Assembly: GCF_031769215.1 (NCBI RefSeq)
Contig: NW_026782397.1
Location: 558,001 to 622,000, forward strand
Direction of reading: 5' to 3'
Source: Ylistrum balloti
Taxonomy: Eukaryota
DNA length: 64,000 nucleotides
The notes beneath the pieces are model-generated. The model was not told where the DNA came from and did no database searches. It was given only the letters and a program-made list of their open reading frames with translations. Positions 12,101 through 24,526 of the stretch are shown here, one piece after another; positions within the stretch are counted from its first letter, which is position 1, and each line of letters begins with the position of its first letter. Position numbers and translations under genes: made by a program.

Positions 12101-14900
12101 ATCTATTTGTTTGGCAGAGTGCCCATGCATTAGACATAAGATTATGTGTTTATGGATAAAACAATAAAGATTTCAAATTAGCAATCAAAGACACTACAAG
12201 TAAATAAAAAAATTGTAGAATAAATGATAAAGATCTTTTCTGATTTAGGTGAAATATGGTGTACATTTCTCTGAGCCAGTGAAGGATGGCATTTGCCAGT
12301 TTGCCAGTGTACCCCACCACCTAGGGAAGGAGGTAACAAGAATTTGTCATGTCAGTTAATATATTATGACATAGCTTCTCAATGTATACAATTATCAATT
12401 TCTCAAAATTTTGGTATTATAGTATATATTGCGTTGTTCCAGGGCCTTCCTCTGATATCTGGGTGTTCAGCAGTATTGGAGTGCAAAGCTCAGTCTGTCC
12501 ATACAGTTGGGGACCATCATGTTTGGTACGGAGATGTTTGTAACGCTGTTGTCAATCATAGCACACCCGACCCTCTTCTGTACTTCATCAGGTAAAACAA
12601 TGGAATAAACAATATTCAACCTGTATAAAACTTAGAGGCGCTGTTCTGTGTTCAAAAGTGGATTGGAATTGACACACCTTGAATATGCAATTTATTGATC
12701 TATGACACTGACAGGTCTCACTTTTAAGGATTAAGATTCCATCTCAAGTTCATGTATATTCTTTTAATGACTTTGTAAAATTCATATTGTGTTAAAATGA
12801 AACAGATAAACTACTCGTGCACCGTATTAGAAATCAGAGTACAGTTCAAGGTTTGATCGTCCTTCTGCCACTAACTAGGTTGATAGGTAGAATCAAGATT
12901 TTCATGCATTGATGCTTCAGGAGTTAAGGTTCTACATTAACAGAATATTTCACCTACCTTTGATAAAGACAGAGATATCTTAAGTTTTTTAACTTTCAGC
13001 ATGAGGCCTTTTTTTTTTCTTCTAAACTATAAAAACTGTATCCTGAGGATTCAGATTTGTATGTCTACATCATGCAGAAAAGATTGATTACTTTATGACC
13101 TGTGAAATTGAATCAAAATGGGTGATATAATGACATACCACATGAAATGATGGTGTGACTCTATTGCAAGTCATTGGAGTAAGTTTAGATTAAAAGCTGT
13201 CTATCCCGAAAGATAGGAAGGAATGAACTTTTGAAGCGTTGGAGAAATACAACAGTGTTCTGCTTTTTGTTTCAGAAATTAGGTGTTTTCTGGTGATGGA
13301 GGCTAATAATGACAAAAAAAATTATCAATTATAAATCTAAATGTATTACAGTTTTAATCCATGCTGCAGGGAACACCATCTTTCTAATTCGTATATGTAG
13401 TATTAACTTGTATGGCTATTTTCAGGTCATTTAGATCCGTTGGAGATGAGATATTTATAAAGGCATTTGAGGATGCTTCCTTACCGTTTGAGGACTGGAC
13501 CCATGAGGCACATCTAAAGATGGCGTGGAATTACATTTCGGAGTTCGGAAAAGATGGAGCCACCCCTCATATTGTGTCAGTACAAAGACACCTGCTACAC
13601 CTGTATTTTTAACAGGATTGTCTTTAAATCACAGGCTTTAAATTGGTGTAATCAATTATACATAATACTTGGGAGTTCTGTACACGTTTAGGATTATCTC
13701 CCCTTAGACATTACCCAATTCTTATTAGGTTAATAAGCCATAATCACAGAGTGAATGTATTTTAAAGTTATATGTTTTTTTTCAGAGAAGGCATACAGAA
13801 CTTTAACAAACAAAACGAAGATAAGGTAAGTTTGAAGTGTTGATCTTCATTTTTCATTATTTTCATTTTTTTCTCCTTTTTACAACTTTCAAGATGAAGA
13901 TAGCATTCAATTGAACAAAAACATTTGATTTAGAGAATTGTTCTTTTCAGACAGGAATCTAATAACAAGATTATTTGATGCATTCTTTAGTCTTTTACTT
14001 CTTTTCTTCCAATAATTCTAAAACCTACCTTTTTTCTGCTTCACTTTTATCTCGGGGGGGGGGGGGGGGTTCTGTTTTTCATTGTTTTGTCGATTACCAT
14101 AAGATCTTCACTATGTAGTGTGTGTCACAAGTGAAGTTTGGTGACCACAAGACTTATGATTTGCAGTGATTTTTGGGACTCCTACATTTCCTGTAGGACC
14201 GACTCAGATTTTGAGAAACCATTTTATCTCTGTGTTACTGGACTCGTCAGAATTTTAGAAATGTTACTCTGGACTCGCAAGGGAAAAAAAATTGTGTTGT
14301 TAAGAGATCATTACTGTGTGTATTACAGGTGAAGTATGATTACCACGAGACCATCACAATGTTCTACATATCAGTGGTAACAGACGCCATACAGAGGGGT
14401 AATGCAGATTGTTTTGACGACTTTATCTCGTCACATACTTACCTCTTAGACAGGAGTCTTCCCTCACAGTACTACTCAAAAAGCAGGCTCTTCAGCCCAG
14501 AGGCACGACATAGGTAAGTGTAGTATTAATTTTCATTATCTGAATCCTTCATGAAAGCTCAGGAAAATAGGGCCATGTGTGCATATAAGTGAGATTTTCA
14601 GTTAAACAAGATTTTATTGTAAATACAGCTCTCATTTCTTGAGTATTTTTTTATCACAATGCAGTTGAACAAAAATTTAAATGTTTGCTTTGAAGTTGAA
14701 TATGACTAAATTGAAATAAAAAGGTTAATCATAATTTTGCTGACATGATTTTATATTTTCAAGACATACATGTATCACAAGTTGATTCTTCTATATAAGT
14801 TGCACTTTGAGCTAATCATCCAGAGATGTACAATGGTGATGATAATATTTCATTCCATTTTAGGTTTGTTTCCCCAGATATACGGCCACTACCTTGTTGA
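9128..14900 (+). CDS. Flavin reductase-like (FMN-binding split barrel, HpaC/RutF-type) domain fused to an uncharacterised C-terminal HxxH/YHxT domain, with a putative mitochondrial leader; 331 aa. Exons 9128-9221, 10570-10632, 10909-11038, 11586-11649, 12249-12332, 12443-12591, 13426-13575, 13786-13825, 14329-14513, 14864-14900
   Basis: All introns are GT-AG and phase-compatible, total 996 nt. Reductase motifs: YKNVMRKVPQPVVVVTT, GVTCTSFSSVSLDPAVVSFC, FAVHVLARDQ, GLPLISGCSAVLEC, GDHHVWYGDV, PLLYF. Second domain: FEDASLPFEDWTHEAHLKMAWNYI, YHETITMFY, QYYSKSRLFSPEARHRFVSPD. The first exon and its ATG are less certain than the rest. Confidence 0.85.
9692..9858 (-). mobile_element. Solo LTR of a small LTR retroelement (TRIM-like) containing a tRNA-like Pol III promoter; in intron 1 of the fusion gene
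   Basis: Termini are TGTAAC...GTTACA, with a 4-bp TSD TAGT at 9688-9691 and 9859-9862. Internal A box TAGCTCGATTGG and B box GGTTCGATT. Homologous to 56387-56722. Confidence 0.85.
11071..11222. repeat. 21-bp minisatellite, about 7 copies, in intron 3 of the fusion gene
   Basis: Unit approximately AATCTCTTCTATATAATACTT. It produces the antisense IEEIKYY heptad ORF 10984..11259. Confidence 0.85.
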
Positions 14901-16074
14901 CAACTATAACGCTGTATGACATGCATTGCTATGTTTTTGTGATATTACTGAGAATTGCAATTGTGTGATATTTTACAGTAGTTGGACATGATGATTTTTT
15001 TGCCAAAAATTCTCATATTTTTAATCAGTGTTTTATTTGCATATCAAGATCGGTGTCATATTGGAACAGGAAGAATATATTGTTTCTTGTGTTAAACACA
15101 TATTTCCCAATGGACTGGTTACAATTACTATATATTTATATCAACTCAGAGGTAATGCTTCTGTCTCTAATTTACACTTTTTTAAGTGTACATTTCTTGC
15201 ATATTTCATGATGTAATTTTTCAACAATATTTGTGTTGAATTTTTGTTTGCTGTGTGATTTGCTCAAAAGATATATGTTAGAATTGTAAACTATCTTAGT
15301 ACTACAGGATATTTGATTAGATTTTGTCATTTCAAGGTGAAAGAAATGTAAACTGTGTATTATCTTGTCTGTGGTGCAAGAAGATGAATTCTTATTTGTT
15401 ATGTCAAACTAATTGATTTAGCTGGTCAATACAAGTATGGTTAAATTTGTATGTCTAATTTCCTGGTCAATTTATAGATATTGATAATAGAATTTTAAAC
15501 ATTGGAGATATTGATGTACTTTATAAGTGCATACTTCGGCAACCTGCTAGTTGTTTTTGTAATGCTGGGCGAAGATTTTAAGATTTTTCATAATGAAGTA
15601 AAGTTTTCAGTTCAACAGTTAAAATATTTCACTGAAAACTGACCACCGGGGTTCTTTACATAAATGGTACTTTGGTGCTTTCTTTTTCTAAAGACAAGTT
15701 CTGCAAAAATATTTTAGAGTAATTGTCTTTCATGTTTATGGGGAAAGTAATGAATGTAACTAATTCTTTTTTAAAGGAAAATAAGCATTGTTGACTAATC
15801 TGGTAACTGTAATATGTACAATGTGCAAATACACTAGTTGTACAATGAGAGCACAAGGCAGCTTACAAGCAGTTTTTAACTTAATTGTGCAAGTTTTAAA
15901 AGTGTGTACTATTTTGTGTAAATCATTAACTTTTTTAACATGACCATGTTGTTTGGTCTTTATTTGTTCATTAAAAGTTAGATTTTTTTAGACTTCTTTA
16001 TTCATCTCTTCTCTGTTTTTGCTCTTTATGATACAAAATTTAAACATAAATAATCGTAAACTTGACAAATTCAT

Positions 16075-16740
16075 GGTGGTCTCCTGTCAGCCATATTGTT
16101 TTTCAGATCAAAAAGGCACAACATCGAGGGACCAAGAGAAACCTACATATGAAATTTGATGAAGATCCATTCAGTAATTCTCAAGATAAAGTAAAAATTC
16201 AATATTTTGGCAACCTGTCAGCCACTTTGTCTTTCTGATCAGTCCCAAAATAAAATGAACACAACTAGGGAGCAAGGGAACCTTCCATATGAAATTTGAG
16301 AAAGATCTATTTAGTAGTTCAAAAAGAGCGATAACAAACTTTTATTGTTGAAATCCAAGATGGTGCTTGTCGGCCATTTCGTTTTTCTAATAAGTTTCAA
16401 AATCAGATGAGCACATCTATGTATGGACCAAGGTGAACATTTGAAAGAGTGATCCATGCGGTACTTTTCAAGCAATGGAGATAACAAACTTTATTTGTGG
16501 AAATCCAAGATAATAACCACCTATCAGCCATTTTTTTCTGCTGATCAGTTCCAAAACCAAACAGGTTACAACTAGGAACCAAGGGTAACCTACATTGTTG
16601 AAATCCAAGATATTCACCTGTTGGTCATTTTGCTGTTCTGTTCAGACCTGAATTAAACAAAACTAGGGACCAATTGTAGAAAGATCTATACACTACTTCT
16701 CAAGAAGTAGTTCACCATTTGATGATGGTGGTTGGTTATC
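16075..16740 (+). mobile_element. Older, degenerate copy of a pearl/Helentron-like non-autonomous element with ~150-bp internal repeats
   Basis: Four to five decayed copies of the unit seen at 17880-18495 (CAGCCAT..TTT..GATC...GGGACCAAG.GAACCT.CATATGAAATTTGA.AAGATCCATT.AGTA) end in CACCATTTGATGATGGTGG, like the 3' palindrome of the younger copy. Confidence 0.7.
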
Positions 16741-17577
16741 CAATGTTCATCAAAACTAGAATCAAAACTATAATGACATGTTCACTATATGTATTCAAAG
16801 TGTGCACATCCCATTGATATAAACCTGCTCAATAAAAAGCTTCTAATACTCAAAACATAAAATTGACCGTTATGACCTGGATCTTTAAGTAAATGCCATT
16901 TATTTTTTCTCAACATTGTGCTTTGACCTAAAAACATCTTTCCATCAAATATCATGCTTCTCAGACTTTTGGTTAGACAGAAGAATTTAAAATTTTAATT
17001 CAAAAACTGCGATCTTGAAGTGATCTTGGTCAAGGTCATTTCTATATGAAAACTTTGGCCTTCATTTTAAGAACTTATCAGGTTAATACCATAATTCTAC
17101 ACCTTATGGGTGGTCAAAAGAAGTCATTTTAATGTTTTAACAAATTTGACCCCTCTGACCTTGAATAAGTGTTCAAAGGTAATTTCTTTTCACATACTGT
17201 TTGATTTCATCCTAGGAACGTACCATACATATGCATCTTTTTGTTAGTCAGAAAAAAGTAGTTGGGGACTTGTTTTATCTCAAAGCTGTGGAAAATATCA
17301 GCAGATTTTGACATATATAAAACTTATTTGGGATATTACTTATGTGAGAAATACAAATTTTAATCTGGCATTAATAATTTAGTTATTCAACAGAGATATC
17401 AATTTTTCATTTGCAAGTCATGCGACTGGGAAATCTTCAGATGCAACATTTGTCTCCAGCTAGACAGTGAAAAATTATTTGATGGAACGAGATTATCTTT
17501 TTTAATGATTTCAAAGTTCCATAACTCTGATAAATGTGGAGTTTTACTAATATCAAACTCATCCCTATCTTCTAAAT

Positions 17578-18571
17578 ACAAGAGATCCCAGAGGGATCTT
17601 GGTGCCCACCATTTGAGGATCTGTTTTCAGTTCTTGAAGATTTGTTTATTTTCTTTTTTTTGTGTGTTACAGGTTTTGTAAATGTTCATGAACTGGTCTT
17701 CATTGAATGTACTCAATGATGGCACAAGATATTTTTATTAATCACCTTTCAGCAAATATCATTTGAAAAAGATCGCAAAGTATTATTAGATAGCAGTCAG
17801 TTACAGGTGGATAATGGACATGGTCTTGAGTCAATATGATAGAATATCGAAGAAAATATGCTTGTGCTGTATTACTGTCGACATCCAAGATGGCTGCCTG
17901 TGGGCCAACTTGATTTCAAATCAGTCCAAAAAAAGTACAATGCACAACTAGGTACCAAGTGAAACCAATACCAGTACCGGTATCAGAAGTATCCATCCAG
18001 TACTTCCTCAGAAATAGCGGTAACAAGATTTTACTCTCAAAATCCAAGATGGCTGCCTGTCAGCCATCTTGATTTCAGATCAGTCCAAAAAGGTACAATG
18101 CACAACTAGGGACCAAGGGGAACCTGCATATGAAATTTGTGAAAGATCCATCCAGTACTTTCCCAGAAATAGCAGTAACAAAATTTTACTTTCAAATTCC
18201 AAGATGGCTGCCTGTTGGCCATCTTGAATTTGAATCAGTCCAAAAAAGGTACAATGCACAACTAGAGACCAAGAGGAACCTGCATATGAAATTTGAGAAA
18301 GATCCATCCAGTACTTTCCCAGAAATAGCGGTAACAAACTTTTACTTTCTAACTCCAAGATGACCGCCTGTCAGCCATCTTGAATTTGAATCAGTCCAAA
18401 AAAGGTACAATGCACAACTAGGGACCATGGGGAAACTGCATATGAAATTTGAGAAAGATCCATCCAGTACTTTCCTAGAAATAGCGGTAACAAGAAATGT
18501 TTACGGACGGACGGACCACGGACACAGGGCGATTTGAATACCCCACCATCTGATGATGGTGGGCTAATAAA
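17578..18571 (+). mobile_element. pearl/CvA-like (Helentron-associated, HINE/DINE-1-type) non-autonomous element with four ~156-bp core repeats
   Basis: 5' ACAAGAGATCCCAGAGGGATCTT hairpin. Subterminal inverted repeat GCCCACC (17604-17610) / GGTGGGC (18558-18564). The core motif CCAAGATG recurs at 17885, 18044, 18199 and 18355. (ACGG)n microsatellite at 18503-18515 and 3' palindrome CCACCATCTGATGATGGTGG. Confidence 0.8.
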
Positions 18572-19423
18572 GCAATATACCATTTTTGGTTGAAATCCGA
18601 AGAAACCATTTTCAAGTTATTTCCCGACACTAGCAGACAGAGATGGACCAAAACCAATCTTAGAACTACAGTTTTACCTCATGAATGTTAACCGATTTCC
18701 ATTTTATTAGTTTTGATACGTTTTTCTCCTGGACAAGGAATAGGTGTGTATTGTTCAGCATTGCAGTACTCTTGCTGAGCAAAAATATTTGATCATCTCA
18801 GTCAAGAAGCTCTTGACAAACGTTTCAAGCATCCATGAGAACTAAAACAAACGAGTTAAAATTCATCGTCAATGAACAATCTACATCATACAAGCAGTCA
18901 TTTTACAGTTTGATACACTTCACAATTTCTGCCATATATCAGTTGTCTTCAACTAATTGCTTCATGTACATTTTCTTGAAATTACAATGGAAGAACTTCA
19001 CACTAAAAAATCATCCTTTTACTTTAGACCAAATAATTTATTCTACACTTTATACGAAGACCAACAACTAAGACTCCTATAGAGTTATCAACTAAACTAA
19101 CTTTACCAAGGAGGACAAGATTACCTGCTACCGATATTTGAAAATCAATCAAAACCCCAAACATCTGACTATGCCTGTTCAGAAATCCGTGCTCTCTTGT
19201 GGAATACGCTTTACTTCCCATTTGCTTGAAATGTCATGCAAAGGGCCTATTTTGTTGATCAATGAGGTAACCAACAGCTCCAAGTTACACCACTCAAAAA
19301 CCAAGCAACTATTGCCTTGGGCAACTTTGCACTATTATCGACAATCTGATGCTACATGATGCACATGCTCACGAGAGTGGACTGATCAAAATGACAATTC
19401 AACACTAGACTTTTTCTTGTGGA

Positions 19424-19429
19424 TTTATT
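19424..19429 (-). terminator. Polyadenylation signal of RPS9
   Basis: AATAAA on the minus strand about 30 nt after the stop codon. Confidence 0.65.
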
Positions 19430-19457
19430 CAGTCAGAGAGTACAGTCAACAGAGAAG

Positions 19458-21199
<1,742 letters not shown>

Positions 21200-23067
21200 G
21201 ATTGCTTAATCTGAAATGAAAACAAATATATTTACTTCTAACTGTACACAGAAGCCCAATTACACCAGCATTTTAGGGAGAAAAATCTTCCTCCGTCAAC
21301 ATGGCAAGTATGTTCATTTAACTTATCCTGTATAAACTGTACACCGACCTATATAGTTACATGAAGATGTTGAGCTATATTTTCGAGGAATTATTATCAA
21401 TTATTGAATTAAAAATCAAACTGAACACGTAAATGTCAATGGATTCAGTGGGCGGGGGATTTTGATAGTACTAAATGTTTGGAATGGGTCGTGTCTTCAT
21501 ATTCATACAGCAAATATCTAGCAAAAATTTAGTAAGGTTAGAATGCAAGTAAAGGAGGGAAACCTGATCCCTTCAGAAATTCTTAGGACTCATTTACATC
21601 GGACATTTGCAAATGTCTCTCGTTACGTCAAGCGTCCGATATTAATGAGCTCCAACTAGGCCAGGAAGGAACCCAGAAGGGACTAAGAGGATTTAGTGTC
21701 TACGTGATTCGCCCTTCGTACTTATGTCGTCATATTTCAGTCTACGAAATGGAATTGAAAATGCAGTACTATCCCTCTTTGATATTATTGTTTTTTGTAA
21801 CATTAATTTTATTACTTGGGTAGACATGGCCTTATTCTACAAAGGATAAGTGAACATTTTAGTGAAGAAATATGAAAGCACGTGTTACCAGTATGGCAGC
21901 CACATGGAAAAGAAAGAAAGTAGGACGAAAGACTAGTTACATATTCTTACGCACTGAATGATCATTTGCATTGTAACGATAAATGTTATCATCAATATAG
22001 TTAGTAGTAAAGTATACACGGAATCTGATGTACTTTGCTGGCTTCCATCCCTTATCAGTTCATTAAGCAATATGCGGGAAAGTCGGTTTTACATTTTGCA
22101 CTATTTTCTATCCTTTCACACATACGAGGGGAGATTACTCTAACAAATGCCCAAGATTTCGTGCGGTTGTGAAATGGAAACTAGCCACTACAGCCGGGCA
22201 TTCACAGAGAGCGAGAGAGAGAGAGAGAGGAGCAGATAGGGCCTGAGACAGATACAAATGTAGAGAGAACAGAAAAATAAAGAAGGAAAAAACAACAAAA
22301 CGTACGCCCACCTTGACAAAATATACACACCTATACACACGCGCGCCAAAAAATCAATACACTGTACTACAGTTTGATTTTTCCCAAAAGTATAATTCAG
22401 TTTCACAATATTATTTCGTCTACATGCAAATTGCATGTGGAAACTTCTTGTTTAAGGCTTACATCTCCCCATCATGTTTCTGATTTTTTCTACATCCCCC
22501 CCCCCCCCCCTGCGTTTTTTTGTTTTTGTCTGCTTGTTTTTTTTTTCCGCATTAATTTGATCGAATATTATGTGTGTAATAGGGATTCACACCTTATATG
22601 GTTTAAAATTTTTAATTAAAAAGTTAAAGCAGAAAGTAATTATTTTATCAAGGCAGTCGCGAAATAGACATGGGTATCTGTGTTGATTGTAATTTCAATC
22701 AAGGTATCACATTTTCACGATTTGACTTTACCCCCGAAAATATCGGAAAATAAACTCACTCGAAAACTGCAACCTTTACAGTATTAGATTTCTCAATTTT
22801 GTTGTTAAATAGTGCATCTGCAGATACGGAACATGATAAACCTCGTGCATGCTGACTAGCCAAACTCTAGCACTCGGATTGAGTGTGTTCCTGCTTATGG
22901 AACAGACTCGTGTAAGATTATATAATCCTGGTTTCAAAGCATCATACTATTTCCGGCTTAAATACTTCACAAGAATCTCTAAGTCTTTAATCGATATTTG
23001 GAGTACAACAATATTAACTTCTATTAGTTCCTATACGTATAGGCAAGATACATATATTATGAAAGAT

Positions 23068-23131
23068 CAGGGATCGAACCCAGGTCTCTGACGTGATAAT
23101 CGACTAGCTCTACCAACTGAGCCAAACAAGC
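23068..23131 (-). mobile_element. tRNA-derived sequence (SINE head or second family of tRNA-bearing element); not a functional tRNA
   Basis: A box TGGCTCAGTTGG with an intact D-arm (GCTC-AGTTGGTA-GAGC) and B box GGTTCGATCCC. The anticodon and acceptor stems do not pair. Confidence 0.65.
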
Positions 23132-24526
23132 ATGCTCCGTCATCTGAGTGACAGAGACGTATTTAACACTATCAACAAGCCACACCTACCCGCTCCTATT
23201 ACCATATATATGTGACTTTTCCTCGTCAATATTCATATCCTGGTGTTGATTAATGAGACTAATTCCGGCACCGATATCTCCGGTACCCATTCAACTTCAA
23301 GTTCGAAACTTTATACAAGTCTTTATTTATATATTATCTATTAGTATACAACAACATTTAGAGATAGACACCATCACTCATATTCTTTGGCAATGTGAAA
23401 TGTTTCAGAATTGATAATTAAATTGATAATGAAGCTAACATTATGTCCAAAGCATTACGTCTATAAAACCAGATATTTTATTGATTCTTTCAATATGAAT
23501 ACACTTACTAATTTAATAGAGGATATCTATATATAGAAATGGCTAAGGGTGATTCTTTTCTTGAAAGTTTTGATATATTGTGGAGGAAACTGAGTAACAT
23601 ATTATCACCGTAAACCTAAATTTATCCTATATTAACACTGATACGGTTAATGATGATTCTGCTAGTTTGTTTGATTTCTGTTCGAAATCAATGACTATTT
23701 CATATTTATACAGAATTACACATTCGCTTGTTGATATAATGATTATGGTAATGAAATAATTAGTCTAACATGGATGATTTTGTTAATATTTCAAACGTTA
23801 ATGATAAATCATATAAACGAGAAAGTCAAATTATGTCCGGTCATTTAAAATGGGAACGCGTTAAAAAAACATGGTCAACTGACCACCTAATAGAACTCGT
23901 CTTCTGAGTAGCATTCTATTCATATCGAACGATACATTCAGCGATGAAGGCAAATCGCACACACGTTAAGGCACAGACATAATAATGAAAATTGTTAATC
24001 CCCACACATTTTGGAGTGTAACATGATAAAACACTTTCCGATACTTCCAGGAGCTACATGTAATATTTAACTCTAAAACGAAAACTAAAATAAGAGAATA
24101 GTTTATTTCATAAATGCCACACTTTTCTAGCTGGAAATTTCTTTTATTGAATTAAAAAAAATGTCAATATACGCGATATTAGAACGTACAATAATTACAT
24201 CATGTTAATATGACAAAGATATTTTACTTAGTTGTTACACGTGAAAAGTATGTTAATGTTATTGAAGTACGAAATGATTGATATATCTATTAGTGCGAAC
24301 ACGATATAAAGAAAAATGAAAAATGAAATTATGTAATAAAATAGTTTTTAGTGTACCATTATTTTGGTAGTTTTTCCAGACAAGTGTCATGTAATTATTA
24401 AAGACAACTACATAACATTCACTTTATAAGCTCATAATATATAGTTTGCACCTGTTATTTTGTGGATTGACGTTTTAATAATGATGATAAAAAAGCAATT
24501 TTTGGTTTTATCACACGTATTTACGC

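Noticed and set aside
18080-18657. Several 60-92 aa ORFs with internal repeats
   Set aside because: They are by-products of the 156-bp core repeats of the pearl-like element.
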